Numbered from the stretch's first letter, positions 8,521-16,923 are shown. The stretch is 26,273 bases of DNA from Clostridia bacterium (GCA_017935825.1 JAGBGW010000019.1:1-26273), one strand, 5' to 3'. Translations and numbers: made by a program. The notes: generated from the sequence alone by a model not told the origin.

Positions 8521-9513
8521 TTATGCCTTTTTCGCCATGATGGCGACCCATTCACCCTTGGTGCGGACTTCCACAAGTTCAAAACCAGCGGCAAGCATGG
8601 CAGCTTCCACATCCGCGCGGCGATCGTGGATGATGCCCGATGCGATCCAAAGGCCGCCCTGCTTAACGAGTTTTCCTGCCTGCTGACCAAGCGCGATGAC
8701 CACGTTTGCGATAATGTTGGAGCAAAGCACGTCATAGCCCGTGCCAACACGAGATTGCACATCCTCATCCTCGATCACATCGCCGATGATGACGGAAAGC
8801 TTGTCCGAGCCAATGTTGTTGAAACCCGCGTTGCGCATGGCAACACGGTCTGCCGCATCATCGATATCCACACCCAGTGCGCTTTTCGCACCAAACAGCA
8901 GTGCGCCGATGGACAAGATACCGCTGCCGCAGCCTGCATCAAAGACGCGCTCGCCGCCCTTGATGACCTCGGAGAGGAATTCAAGGCAAAGAGATGTGGT
9001 CTCGTGGGTGCCGCTGCCAAACACCATACCGGGATCAATGTACAGCACGGTGCGCTGTTCTTCGGTGAGATTTTCACGCTCCCACTCGGGGCAGACGATG
9101 AGCTTATCGCCGATCTCCATGGGCTTGAAGTACTTTCTCCAGTTGGTTGCCCAGTCCTCGTTGTTGACGTAGTACTCGCTGGTTTCAAGGGTACCGATGT
9201 CAAAGCCGAAGTCCTCAGCTTTGAGCCATGCAAGCTTTTCCTCGATACGGGTGCGAAGTGCAACGCCTGCATCGGTGTCGGGAATATACACACGCACGGA
9301 GGGATTTTCCTCAAAGCCTTCGATCAGATTATCTTCCACAAAGTCCCAGTGCTTGGCGTTGTCCTGCAAAAACTGTACAACGTCAGCCTGTGCTTCGATG
9401 ATCTCAAGTTTTTCTGCGCCCACAGATTCAAGTGCGCCGCTTAAAAGGTCCACACCAAGTTCTGTGGTGGAAATGGTCAGTGCAATATAATTCTGAGAAG
9501 TATCTTTCTGCAT
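8521..9513 (-). CDS. prmA: Ribosomal protein L11 methyltransferase PrmA
   Basis: DWATNWRKYFKP, IDPGMVFGSGTHETT, DAGCGSGIL, NIIA. AAGGAGG RBS before ATG 9513. Confidence 0.95.
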   Translation of the reverse strand: MQKDTSQNYIALTISTTELGVDLLSGALESVGAEKLEIIEAQADVVQFLQDNAKHWDFVEDNLIEGFEENPSVRVYIPDTDAGVALRTRIEEKLAWLKAEDFGFDIGTLETSEYYVNNEDWATNWRKYFKPMEIGDKLIVCPEWERENLTEEQRTVLYIDPGMVFGSGTHETTSLCLEFLSEVIKGGERVFDAGCGSGILSIGALLFGAKSALGVDIDDAADRVAMRNAGFNNIGSDKLSVIIGDVIEDEDVQSRVGTGYDVLCSNIIANVVIALGQQAGKLVKQGGLWIASGIIHDRRADVEAAMLAAGFELVEVRTKGEWVAIMAKKA

Positions 9514-9539
9514 AGTTTCCTCCTTGTCTTCACACAAAC

Positions 9540-9568
9540 GCGGCGCAGCGTGTTTTACGCCGCACCGC
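9540..9568 (-). terminator. GC-rich hairpin, possible weak terminator or processing site between divIVA-like and prmA
   Basis: Minus strand GCGGUGCGGCGU-AAAAC-ACGCUGCGCCGC forms 12 pairs including 2 G.U. The following tract (GUUUGUG) is a weak U run. Confidence 0.5.
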
Positions 9569-9575
9569 ATGTTGC

Positions 9576-10373
9576 TTATTTCTCGCCCAGAATACCAAGT
9601 TCGCTCAACACGGAAGTCAGGCGATCCTGCTCGGTCTTGGCAGGCATGTACATATCGCGCTTTTCAGGTTCTGCCTTGGGCTGCTCGACAGCAGCTTCAA
9701 CAGGCTCTTCCTTCTTTTCCGTGCGGGGGTCCACCGTTTTTTTCGGGGGCTGATTGCCCTGCTGCAGGTTTTTCAATCTCCAGTAGAGGCTGTGGATATC
9801 GCTGTCCACCTGGGGGTCCACTGCAGGCTCACCGCCGCGATCCTCCTCGGGGACTTCCACAGGCACTTCCACCGCTTGTGCAACAGATTCTTCCGCTTTT
9901 TCTTCTTCTTTTGAAGATTCGCTTGCCTGCGCAAGCAGGATGCGGTCGGCCTCTTCCAGCGTGGTCTTCCAGTCGTCGCCGGTCTTGCTTCTTGCTGCAC
10001 CGACTTCTGCGCGGATGTTGGACAGGAAGTTTTCGATCACAGTGTCAAGTGCGATCAGGCGCTCGCGGTTTTGTGCGATACGGTCCTCCCAAAGCTTGGA
10101 ATCTTCCGCAAGGCGCATAATGGCGCGGTCGTAATTTTCCTGTGCCTTCTGTTCAATTTCCACTGCGCGGTTTTGCGCATCCAGCAGTGCGCCCGAAATA
10201 TACCGCTCCTGATCGCGATATTTTTCGATCTGCTCTTTTTGTTCGTCAAGCTGAGACTGCATGGTCTCAGTCTGGGCGCGCAGGGTATCGATCTCCGTGC
10301 GCAGCTGGGCGATGTATTCATCGACTTCCTGTTTGGAATAGCCAAATGCCGCCCGTCTGAAAGTTGCCGTCAT
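9576..10373 (-). CDS. DivIVA-domain coiled-coil protein with long acidic linker
   Basis: N-terminal FRRAAFGYSKQEVDEYI matches the DivIVA/GpsB motif, followed by a coiled coil and an E/P-rich region. GGAGG RBS. Confidence 0.75.
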   Translation of the reverse strand: MTATFRRAAFGYSKQEVDEYIAQLRTEIDTLRAQTETMQSQLDEQKEQIEKYRDQERYISGALLDAQNRAVEIEQKAQENYDRAIMRLAEDSKLWEDRIAQNRERLIALDTVIENFLSNIRAEVGAARSKTGDDWKTTLEEADRILLAQASESSKEEEKAEESVAQAVEVPVEVPEEDRGGEPAVDPQVDSDIHSLYWRLKNLQQGNQPPKKTVDPRTEKKEEPVEAAVEQPKAEPEKRDMYMPAKTEQDRLTSVLSELGILGEK

Positions 10374-10398
10374 AGTTCCTCCGAATAGTTGTTACGAA

Positions 10399-11853
10399 TT
10401 ACTTCTCCGTCTCCCGCAGCAGCTGCATCTTCATATCATACAGCTTCTGGGACAAGTCGACTTTATAGATATGGGGACGATTCAGTCTTCTGTAGGTATC
10501 CCAAAGTGCAGAAAGTTCCACCTTGGAATATTCGCAGATTTCCTTCAAAGTGGGCAGTTCATACACACGACGACCGTCTTTGAAGATGGGCACAAGAAGC
10601 TCTCTTACATGGTAGTTGTCGATGGTCTTGCGCTTCCAGGTATCGATGGGGTCGAAGATCTCCAGATCCTTGCTTTCATCGATGACCTCATCTTCCAGCG
10701 TAATCAGGTCAGCAAGTGCGCGACCCGTGTCGTTGTCGAAGATGCGGAATACCTTTTTAATGCCGGGGTTGGTGACCTTGGCAGGATTTTCACTCTTTTT
10801 GATCTTGGGCACGATCTTGCCGTCCACATATTCTGCCACAAGCTTGTACACACCACCCAGTGCAGGGCATGCATCGCTGGTGATCATGCGGGTACCAACG
10901 CCCCAGGTGTCGATGCGGGCACCCTGGGTCAGCAGGTCCTGAATGACGTTTTCGTCAAGGTCGCTGGATGCACAGATCTTGGCTTTGGGGAAACCTGCCT
11001 CGTCCAGCATCTTTCTTGCCTCGATGGAAAGATAGGCAAGGTCGCCGGAGTCAAGACGGATGCCAAGAGGTTCATGACCTGCCGCACGCAGTTCCTTAAA
11101 CACGGTGATCGCGTTGGGCACACCGCTTTTGAGGGTATCGTAGGTATCCACAAGAAGCAGGCATGCGTTGGGGAAGGTCTTTGCATAGGCGCGGAATGCG
11201 GAAAGCTCGTCGGGGAAGCTCATGACCCAGCTATGGGCATGAGTGCCGCTGACGGGCACATCGAACATGGATCCCACAAGGACGTTGCTTGTAGCACGGC
11301 AGCCGCCGATGATGGCAGCGCGGGCACCGTAGTTGCCTGCATCGGGACCCTGTGCACGGCGAAGACCAAACTCAAGCACCGTGCCACCCTTTGCAGCATA
11401 AACCACGCGGCTTGCCTTGGTGGCGATCAGCGTCTGGTGGTTGATGATATTCAAAAGCGCAGTCTCGATCAGCTGTGCTTCAAAAAGAGGTGCGCGAACG
11501 CGTACCAAGGGCTCCCCGGGGAACACGGGGGTACCTTCGGGCACAGCGTAAAGTTCACCCGTAAACTTCAGATTGGAAAGACGCTGCAAAAATGCTTCGT
11601 TGAAAACATTCTGGCTTCTGAGATATTCAATGTCTTCGGAAGTAAAATGCAGATTTTCGATATACTCGCAAAGCTGCTCCACACCTGCCATGACGGCATA
11701 AGTGATCTGGCCATCATCGCGTTTTCTGAAAAACATATCAAACACAGCGATATTATCAGCCATACCGTTATCCAGGTAGCCCTGCATCATGGTCAGCTGA
11801 TAAAAGTCCGTCATCATGGTCAGATTACGTCCAAGACCCGTATTTTCCGACAT
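10399..11853 (-). CDS. pncB: Nicotinate phosphoribosyltransferase
   Basis: TDFYQLTM, EFGLRRAQG, GTHAHSW, LLVDTYD, GIRLDSGD, GGVYKL. Confidence 0.96.
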   Translation of the reverse strand: MSENTGLGRNLTMMTDFYQLTMMQGYLDNGMADNIAVFDMFFRKRDDGQITYAVMAGVEQLCEYIENLHFTSEDIEYLRSQNVFNEAFLQRLSNLKFTGELYAVPEGTPVFPGEPLVRVRAPLFEAQLIETALLNIINHQTLIATKASRVVYAAKGGTVLEFGLRRAQGPDAGNYGARAAIIGGCRATSNVLVGSMFDVPVSGTHAHSWVMSFPDELSAFRAYAKTFPNACLLLVDTYDTLKSGVPNAITVFKELRAAGHEPLGIRLDSGDLAYLSIEARKMLDEAGFPKAKICASSDLDENVIQDLLTQGARIDTWGVGTRMITSDACPALGGVYKLVAEYVDGKIVPKIKKSENPAKVTNPGIKKVFRIFDNDTGRALADLITLEDEVIDESKDLEIFDPIDTWKRKTIDNYHVRELLVPIFKDGRRVYELPTLKEICEYSKVELSALWDTYRRLNRPHIYKVDLSQKLYDMKMQLLRETEK

Positions 11854-11894
11854 TTTACATGCACTTCCTTTTTATGAAATCGGTTTGCTACTAT

Positions 11895-11923
11895 ATTATA
11901 CCCCAAGGACGTTCCAGGTTCAA
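11895..11923 (-). promoter_or_regulatory. Sigma-A promoter of pncB
   Basis: TTGAAC-17 bp-TATAAT, about 40 bp upstream of the pncB ATG. Confidence 0.7.
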
Positions 11924-11979
11924 CAGCATGTACATAAGAAAACATTCCGCACAAAGTTACAGGAAGTGACGATTTGCCT

Positions 11980-12008
11980 TTGTCATATCCGGCAATTTGT
12001 AGTATAAT
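11980..12008 (+). promoter_or_regulatory. Sigma-A promoter of the lipoprotein gene (divergent from pncB)
   Basis: TTGTCA-17 bp-TATAAT, then a GAGGT RBS and ATG 12043. Confidence 0.75.
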
Positions 12009-12042
12009 AAATATATCCCTGCAATTGTGAGGTAATTATTTA

Positions 12043-12963
12043 ATGAAACGAGCTTTTCGCTTTTTTATATGCGTGCTGCTTGTCTGCACGATGCTTTTTG
12101 CATCAGGCTGCGGCACATTGTCCTTTCCGGACATGGTAGAAAAATTTGATCTTGCACTGACCGGCTGTGATGTCGTCATCCATTTCCGCGACGAAATGTC
12201 CGGCGGTGCTGATGTTTACACCCGCCTGACAGGCGACGAGGCAAACGCCTTTATCACCGCAATTGCCTGCGGCCGCCAGATCAACGCCCCTAAAGAGGAT
12301 TACAGCATTCACCTGAGTGCTTCTCATCAGATTGTTTTGGAATCTGCAGGTTCTGAAAAGATGCAGATCTTCTACGATGAGGCAAACGATTGGCTCATCG
12401 CACAGATCGCGCAGCAAAAGGGTTCCAACACCATTATGCGTTACTACTTCTTCCGACCTGATCCGGTGTTCCATGCGCTGCTGGACATCGCCGCCGAAAA
12501 GCGAGCATCTACGGAGGATACTGATACACTGCAGACATCTTCGCTGGTACTTCGTGCCAGTATTACAAGCGACATGCTCGCTCAGGCCGGCACCGTGGTA
12601 GACTACGAGCTTTATACCGGCAGCTATGCCTATGCCGACGAAGCTTCGCTGTACCACATCTATACCAGCCAGGAACTGCCCGAGGTCGTGGAAGGTTCCA
12701 CCGGTCTTCTTGTTGCATCCCTTGGTGCCTGCCCCACCACAGGCTACTCGGTCAACATTTCCCAGATTGACTACACCGACCACCTGATCCGTGTGTTCCT
12801 GCATGTGGAATCCCCCATCTATCCCGATGATGAGGAAGTGGTGCAGACCTACCCCTACGTTATGGCAACCTGCGATCTGGACGATTTCCCGCTGGGACTT
12901 ACCGTGGCATTCATCGACCAGAACTACAACATTTTGGACGTGCAGACCATCCAGATGCCCTAA
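12043..12963 (+). CDS. Lipoprotein with a C-terminal PrcB-like (protease complex subunit) domain
   Basis: Signal peptide with lipobox (LFASG-C). C-terminal LGACPTTGYSVNISQI...VQTYPYV resembles PrcB_C; the N-terminal domain is not recognised. Confidence 0.7.
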   Translation: MKRAFRFFICVLLVCTMLFASGCGTLSFPDMVEKFDLALTGCDVVIHFRDEMSGGADVYTRLTGDEANAFITAIACGRQINAPKEDYSIHLSASHQIVLESAGSEKMQIFYDEANDWLIAQIAQQKGSNTIMRYYFFRPDPVFHALLDIAAEKRASTEDTDTLQTSSLVLRASITSDMLAQAGTVVDYELYTGSYAYADEASLYHIYTSQELPEVVEGSTGLLVASLGACPTTGYSVNISQIDYTDHLIRVFLHVESPIYPDDEEVVQTYPYVMATCDLDDFPLGLTVAFIDQNYNILDVQTIQMP

Positions 12964-12969
12964 AAACAT

Positions 12970-12998
12970 TCGACAAAATGGAATATCCATTTTGTCGA
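12970..12998. terminator. 13-bp perfect hairpin just after the lipoprotein stop
   Basis: TCGACAAAATGGA-ATA-TCCATTTTGTCGA. The only nearby U run is on the minus-strand side (AUGUUUUU). Confidence 0.65.
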
Positions 12999-13002
12999 GA
13001 CC

Positions 13003-13140
13003 TGCAGATTTTCCCTGTCGCCTTACGGCTCCCGGGCGCAAAACTCTGCAATGTAGGAAAACACAGTTTTCCTGCGCAAACGGCGTACATGCCGCCGTTT
13101 ACGGTATGAGATCAAGGGTTGCACCCTTGATGATCCTGCC
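13003..13140 (-). repeat. Tandem hairpin cluster (REP/MITE-like element or structured RNA)
   Basis: Four adjacent stems: 13003-13050, 13055-13073, 13078-13100 and 13111-13131. Confidence 0.55.
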
Positions 13141-13290
13141 AAATTACTTTAAATCCAATTCGGATAAGAAGTATTGGCTTAAGCTTGTTTTTCATTTTCC
13201 TTTTACGCAGGAAGCGTAGGAAGATCGAAAATAGATTTACCGTTTTTATCCACTGAAACCAAAAATCATTCGGAAAGGACGTACATCATC

Positions 13291-14484
13291 ATGCCGGAAT
13301 TCCACCTGGAACACCACGACCCGCTCCTCACCCAGCCCGTTGCACCTCTTGGCATCATCGCACTTGAATCCAGCCGCGAGATGGGTCAGAAGATTAACGA
13401 ATATCTTCTTGACTGGCGCAACACTGCTCCCGAAGAAGAACTGCATGCTATCCCCGGTATCGACCGCAATTCCTTCCTTCTGGACGCATCCTGCCCCCGC
13501 TTTGCAAACGGCGAAGGCAAAGGCCTGATTCGTCAGTCCATCCGCGGTTATGACCTCTTCCTTCTGGTAGATGTCGGTAACTACTCTGTGGAATATCCCC
13601 TGTATGGCAAGAAAGTTCCCATGACTCCCGACGAGCATTTTGCAGACCTCAAGCGCATCATCAACGCAGCTGCAGGCAAGGCTCGCCGCATCAACGTCAT
13701 CATGCCTCTTTTGTATGAGGCACGTCAGCATCGCCACACCAGCCGCGAGTCCCTTGACTGCGCAGTGGCACTGCAGGAACTGCAGGCAGCAGGTGTTGAT
13801 AACTTCATCACCTTCGACGCTCATGACCCCCGCGTACAGAACGCTGTACCTACCATGAGCTTTGAAAACGCTCGCGCAAGCTACCAGACGCTGAAGGCAA
13901 TGTTCAAGGCAGTGCCCGATCTGAAGCTTGACCGCGACCACATGATGATCGTCTCCCCCGACGAAGGCGGCATGAGCCGTAACGTATACTTTGCATCCGT
14001 TCTGGGTCTGGACGTTGGTATGTTCTACAAGCGCCGCGACTACACCCGCATCATCAACGGCCGCAACCCCATCATTGCACACGAGTACATCGGTGCTGAC
14101 GTAGCAGGCAAGGATATCTTCATTGCAGACGATATCATCTCCTCCGGCGAATCCGTCATCGACCTTGCCCGTGAGCTCAAGAGAAGAAAGGCTCGCCGTA
14201 TCTTCGTATCCGTCACCTATGCATTCTTCACCGACGGTCTTGAGACCTACAAGCAGGCATACAAAGACGGCATCATCGACCTGATCTTCTCCACCAACCT
14301 GACCTATCGCAGCCCTGAGCTGCTGGCTCAGCCCTGGTATGTTGACGTTGACATGAGCAAGTACCTTGCACTGATCATCGCAACCTTGAACCATGACCGC
14401 TCCCTGTCCACCCTGCTCAACCCCCTGGATCGCATCCATAAGCTGATGGATACCTACGGTTTTGCACGTCCCCAGGAGATCTGA
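13291..14484 (+). CDS. prs: Ribose-phosphate pyrophosphokinase (long clostridial type)
   Basis: FANGEGK, MPLLYEARQHR, ITFDAHDP, VSPDEGG, YKRRD, IADDIISSGES. GAAAGGA RBS. Confidence 0.9.
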   Translation: MPEFHLEHHDPLLTQPVAPLGIIALESSREMGQKINEYLLDWRNTAPEEELHAIPGIDRNSFLLDASCPRFANGEGKGLIRQSIRGYDLFLLVDVGNYSVEYPLYGKKVPMTPDEHFADLKRIINAAAGKARRINVIMPLLYEARQHRHTSRESLDCAVALQELQAAGVDNFITFDAHDPRVQNAVPTMSFENARASYQTLKAMFKAVPDLKLDRDHMMIVSPDEGGMSRNVYFASVLGLDVGMFYKRRDYTRIINGRNPIIAHEYIGADVAGKDIFIADDIISSGESVIDLARELKRRKARRIFVSVTYAFFTDGLETYKQAYKDGIIDLIFSTNLTYRSPELLAQPWYVDVDMSKYLALIIATLNHDRSLSTLLNPLDRIHKLMDTYGFARPQEI

Positions 14485-15086
14485 TGCAACATAAAGCGAC
14501 TCGTCCGTCACGCCCTGTGGAGGTTCTCCACCGGGCGTGGCTTTTGTTCTTTTTCTTCTTCCGCATCGGCTTTTTCACCTTTGGAGGCGGTTGGAGCATC
14601 ATCGCCCAGATGACCCGTGAGTTTGTGGAGAAGAGAAAATGGCTCACCAATGAAGAACTGATGGATATGGTCTCGGTGGCACAATCCCTGCCCGGCATCA
14701 TGATCATCAACTGCTCCGTACAATTTGGCTACGCGCTGGGCGGTGTGTTCTGCGCTTTTGCTGCAGCACTGGGCATTGCGCTGCCGTCTTTCATCGTGCT
14801 GGTTGTTGTAACATTCTGCTACAATGAATTATCGCAAAACATCTACGTTGCCCGTGCCCTGGTCGGCGTACGCGCAGCGGTGGTGCCCATTATCGTGTCT
14901 GCCACGCTGCGGCTTCGTAAAGCCGCCCTGGTGGATAAGCTCAGCTGGGCGCTTGCCATCTTTGCACTTTGCATTTGTCTTTTCACCAATTTGTCCCGCA
15001 TCGTGGTGATCATCATCGGCGGCATTGCAGGTCTTCTGATCCTCAACATTATGGCAAAGAAAAAGGATAAGGAGGAAGAAGCATGA
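14484..15086 (+). CDS. chrA: Short-chain chromate-ion transporter (CHR) subunit 1
   Basis: FFRIGFFTFGGGWSII, SVAQSLPG, GYALGG. ATG overlaps the prs TGA. Confidence 0.88.
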   Translation: MQHKATRPSRPVEVLHRAWLLFFFFFRIGFFTFGGGWSIIAQMTREFVEKRKWLTNEELMDMVSVAQSLPGIMIINCSVQFGYALGGVFCAFAAALGIALPSFIVLVVVTFCYNELSQNIYVARALVGVRAAVVPIIVSATLRLRKAALVDKLSWALAIFALCICLFTNLSRIVVIIIGGIAGLLILNIMAKKKDKEEEA

Positions 15087-15613
15087 TCTACCTTCGACTG
15101 TTCTTTTCCTTTATCAAGATCGGTTTTTCCTCCTTCGGAGGACTTTCCCTTGTACCCGTCATCAATCAGGAAATGATGACCAACGGCTGGATGACCTCGC
15201 AGGAAGTGCAGGATATCATCGCCATTGCCGAAATGACCCCCGGCTCCCTGGGCATCAACTGTGCCACCTTTGCAGGCATGCGTGTGGCAGGTCTTGCAGG
15301 CGGCGCAGCGGCAACGCTTGGTGTGATGATGCCATCGCTGACACTGTGTCTGATCGCTGCGATTTTTGTGGAGAAATTCCGCAAAAGCCGCACGATGGAG
15401 GATATCCTCCACTCGGTGCGCCCCATCTGCCTTGGCATGATCGCGGCAACGGCACTGACCTTGATGCAGACCAACTTCCTCCCTTCGGGGATCTTCTGCT
15501 GGCAGGCACTGGTCATCGCCGTCATCGCAGGTGTGGTGCTGATGAAATTCAAAGCCAATATCCCCATCGTGGTGCTTTTAAGTGCCGGACTTGGGCTGTT
15601 GCTGGTACGCTGA
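15083..15613 (+). CDS. chrA: Short-chain chromate-ion transporter (CHR) subunit 2
   Basis: FIKIGFSSFGG, IAEMTPG, NCATFAG. ATGA overlap with subunit 1. Confidence 0.88.
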   Translation: MIYLRLFFSFIKIGFSSFGGLSLVPVINQEMMTNGWMTSQEVQDIIAIAEMTPGSLGINCATFAGMRVAGLAGGAAATLGVMMPSLTLCLIAAIFVEKFRKSRTMEDILHSVRPICLGMIAATALTLMQTNFLPSGIFCWQALVIAVIAGVVLMKFKANIPIVVLLSAGLGLLLVR

Positions 15614-15659
15614 ACAACAAAAGCATCGTTTGATTAATCAAACGATGCTTTTGTTGTTC
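15612..15659. terminator. Bidirectional terminator (perfect 48-bp palindrome)
   Basis: GAACAACAAAAGCATCGTTTGATT|AATCAAACGATGCTTTTGTTGTTC fills the whole gap between two convergent stop codons. Confidence 0.88.
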
Positions 15660-16871
15660 TCATTTTTCAGACAAGTGATGGATTTTTTCCCGAAGTCTTT
15701 GCAATGCACTGTGCCGCGGTTGGGCACCGCTTTGGATCAATCGTTCATAATGCAGTTCAGCCTCGGATATCACGCTCTCCCACGACCTGGGCAGTGTTAT
15801 CCTTGCCGCCTCTCCCAAGCGTTTTGTCATTGCTTGATCGTGCAAAACACGTTTCATCACATCCGCAAGACTTTCCGGCGACTCATCGCACAACAGACCG
15901 TTTTCACCATCACAAATGATCTCCGCAGGGGCACTTTGGAAAAGCGCCACAGAAGGTGTTCCCATTGCACCTGCTTCGGACACCACAAGGCCTGCTGTAT
16001 CATAGGCCGAAGGAAACACAAACAATCGCGCATTTCGATAAATGCCTGCAAGCAAACTTTGATCCGACACATGTCCTGTGAAAATCACATGCTCCGATAT
16101 TCCAAGGTTTTGTGCCTGTTTTTGAAATCGTTCCAAATCGCGGCCTTGTCCCACAAATACCATACGAAAATCTTCTCCCTGCGCATGCAGCAACGCGCAG
16201 GCTTTCAATGTCAATTCAATGTTTTTCTTTCTGTCGATCTGCCCCACATACAAAAACATCGGTTCATTTTTGATGTCCAAAAATGCCTTTACCTGCTCTG
16301 TTTGACAAGGTTCTGCAAAATTCGGATTCGTTCCGTTTTTCACAATACGGATTTCACCCTTGTACCCATAACTTTCCAGCTCCCGCGCCGCGTATTCGCT
16401 TACGGTCCAAACTTCATCGCAGCATTCAAAAAACTCTGCCACAATGGATGCCCCCAAATGTGCAATCGCACGGCTTTTGGTCATGGCATACATATCATCA
16501 TAATATTTGGAATGAAACGTTCCTACCAAAGGCACATTGTACTTGCGCGCCAAGCGAATTCCTTCCAAGCCTGCACTTGCAGGCGAATGCACATGGACAA
16601 TGTCAGGACAAATCATATCGATTCGTTTCAAATAATGCGGATCGATGCTTGCTACTCCTGCCTGATACTGCGGTGTTTTGGGAAGCCCCATTGTGGTCGC
16701 AAAATCCACGATTTCATACGTCAGACCCCCCCGATTCCCCGTATCGCGCATCGGGCAGATTGCATAAACTTCATGACCGTGTCTGCTTAAAATATCGCAA
16801 TAATTGACCACAACACGCCCCACACCATCCATCAAAGGCAAAAGCGAATCCGTACATTCAAAAATGCGCAC
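15660..16871 (-). CDS. GT4 (GT-B) glycosyltransferase, similar to glycolipid (monoglucosyl-DAG) synthases
   Basis: DSLLPLMDGVGRVV, HVHSP, VGTFHS, YVGQIDRKKN, FVFPSAYDTAGLVVSEA. Start set at GTG 16871, after an AAGGGG RBS. Confidence 0.85.
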   Translation of the reverse strand: MRIFECTDSLLPLMDGVGRVVVNYCDILSRHGHEVYAICPMRDTGNRGGLTYEIVDFATTMGLPKTPQYQAGVASIDPHYLKRIDMICPDIVHVHSPASAGLEGIRLARKYNVPLVGTFHSKYYDDMYAMTKSRAIAHLGASIVAEFFECCDEVWTVSEYAARELESYGYKGEIRIVKNGTNPNFAEPCQTEQVKAFLDIKNEPMFLYVGQIDRKKNIELTLKACALLHAQGEDFRMVFVGQGRDLERFQKQAQNLGISEHVIFTGHVSDQSLLAGIYRNARLFVFPSAYDTAGLVVSEAGAMGTPSVALFQSAPAEIICDGENGLLCDESPESLADVMKRVLHDQAMTKRLGEAARITLPRSWESVISEAELHYERLIQSGAQPRHSALQRLREKIHHLSEK

Positions 16872-16923
16872 GAGAACTACCCCTTTCACATAGTTTCATT
16901 TCATCATTATTTTGGTTTGAAGC

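Noticed and set aside
13015-13075. Possible ykkC/PRPP riboswitch upstream of prs, prompted by CCCGGGAG
   Set aside because: The motif is on the strand opposite prs, and the other conserved ykkC elements were not found.
13204-13218. TACGC-AGGAA-GCGTA hairpin resembling a CsrA site in the prs leader
   Set aside because: It is a single short hairpin about 70 nt from the start codon, and there is no evidence for csrA in this window.
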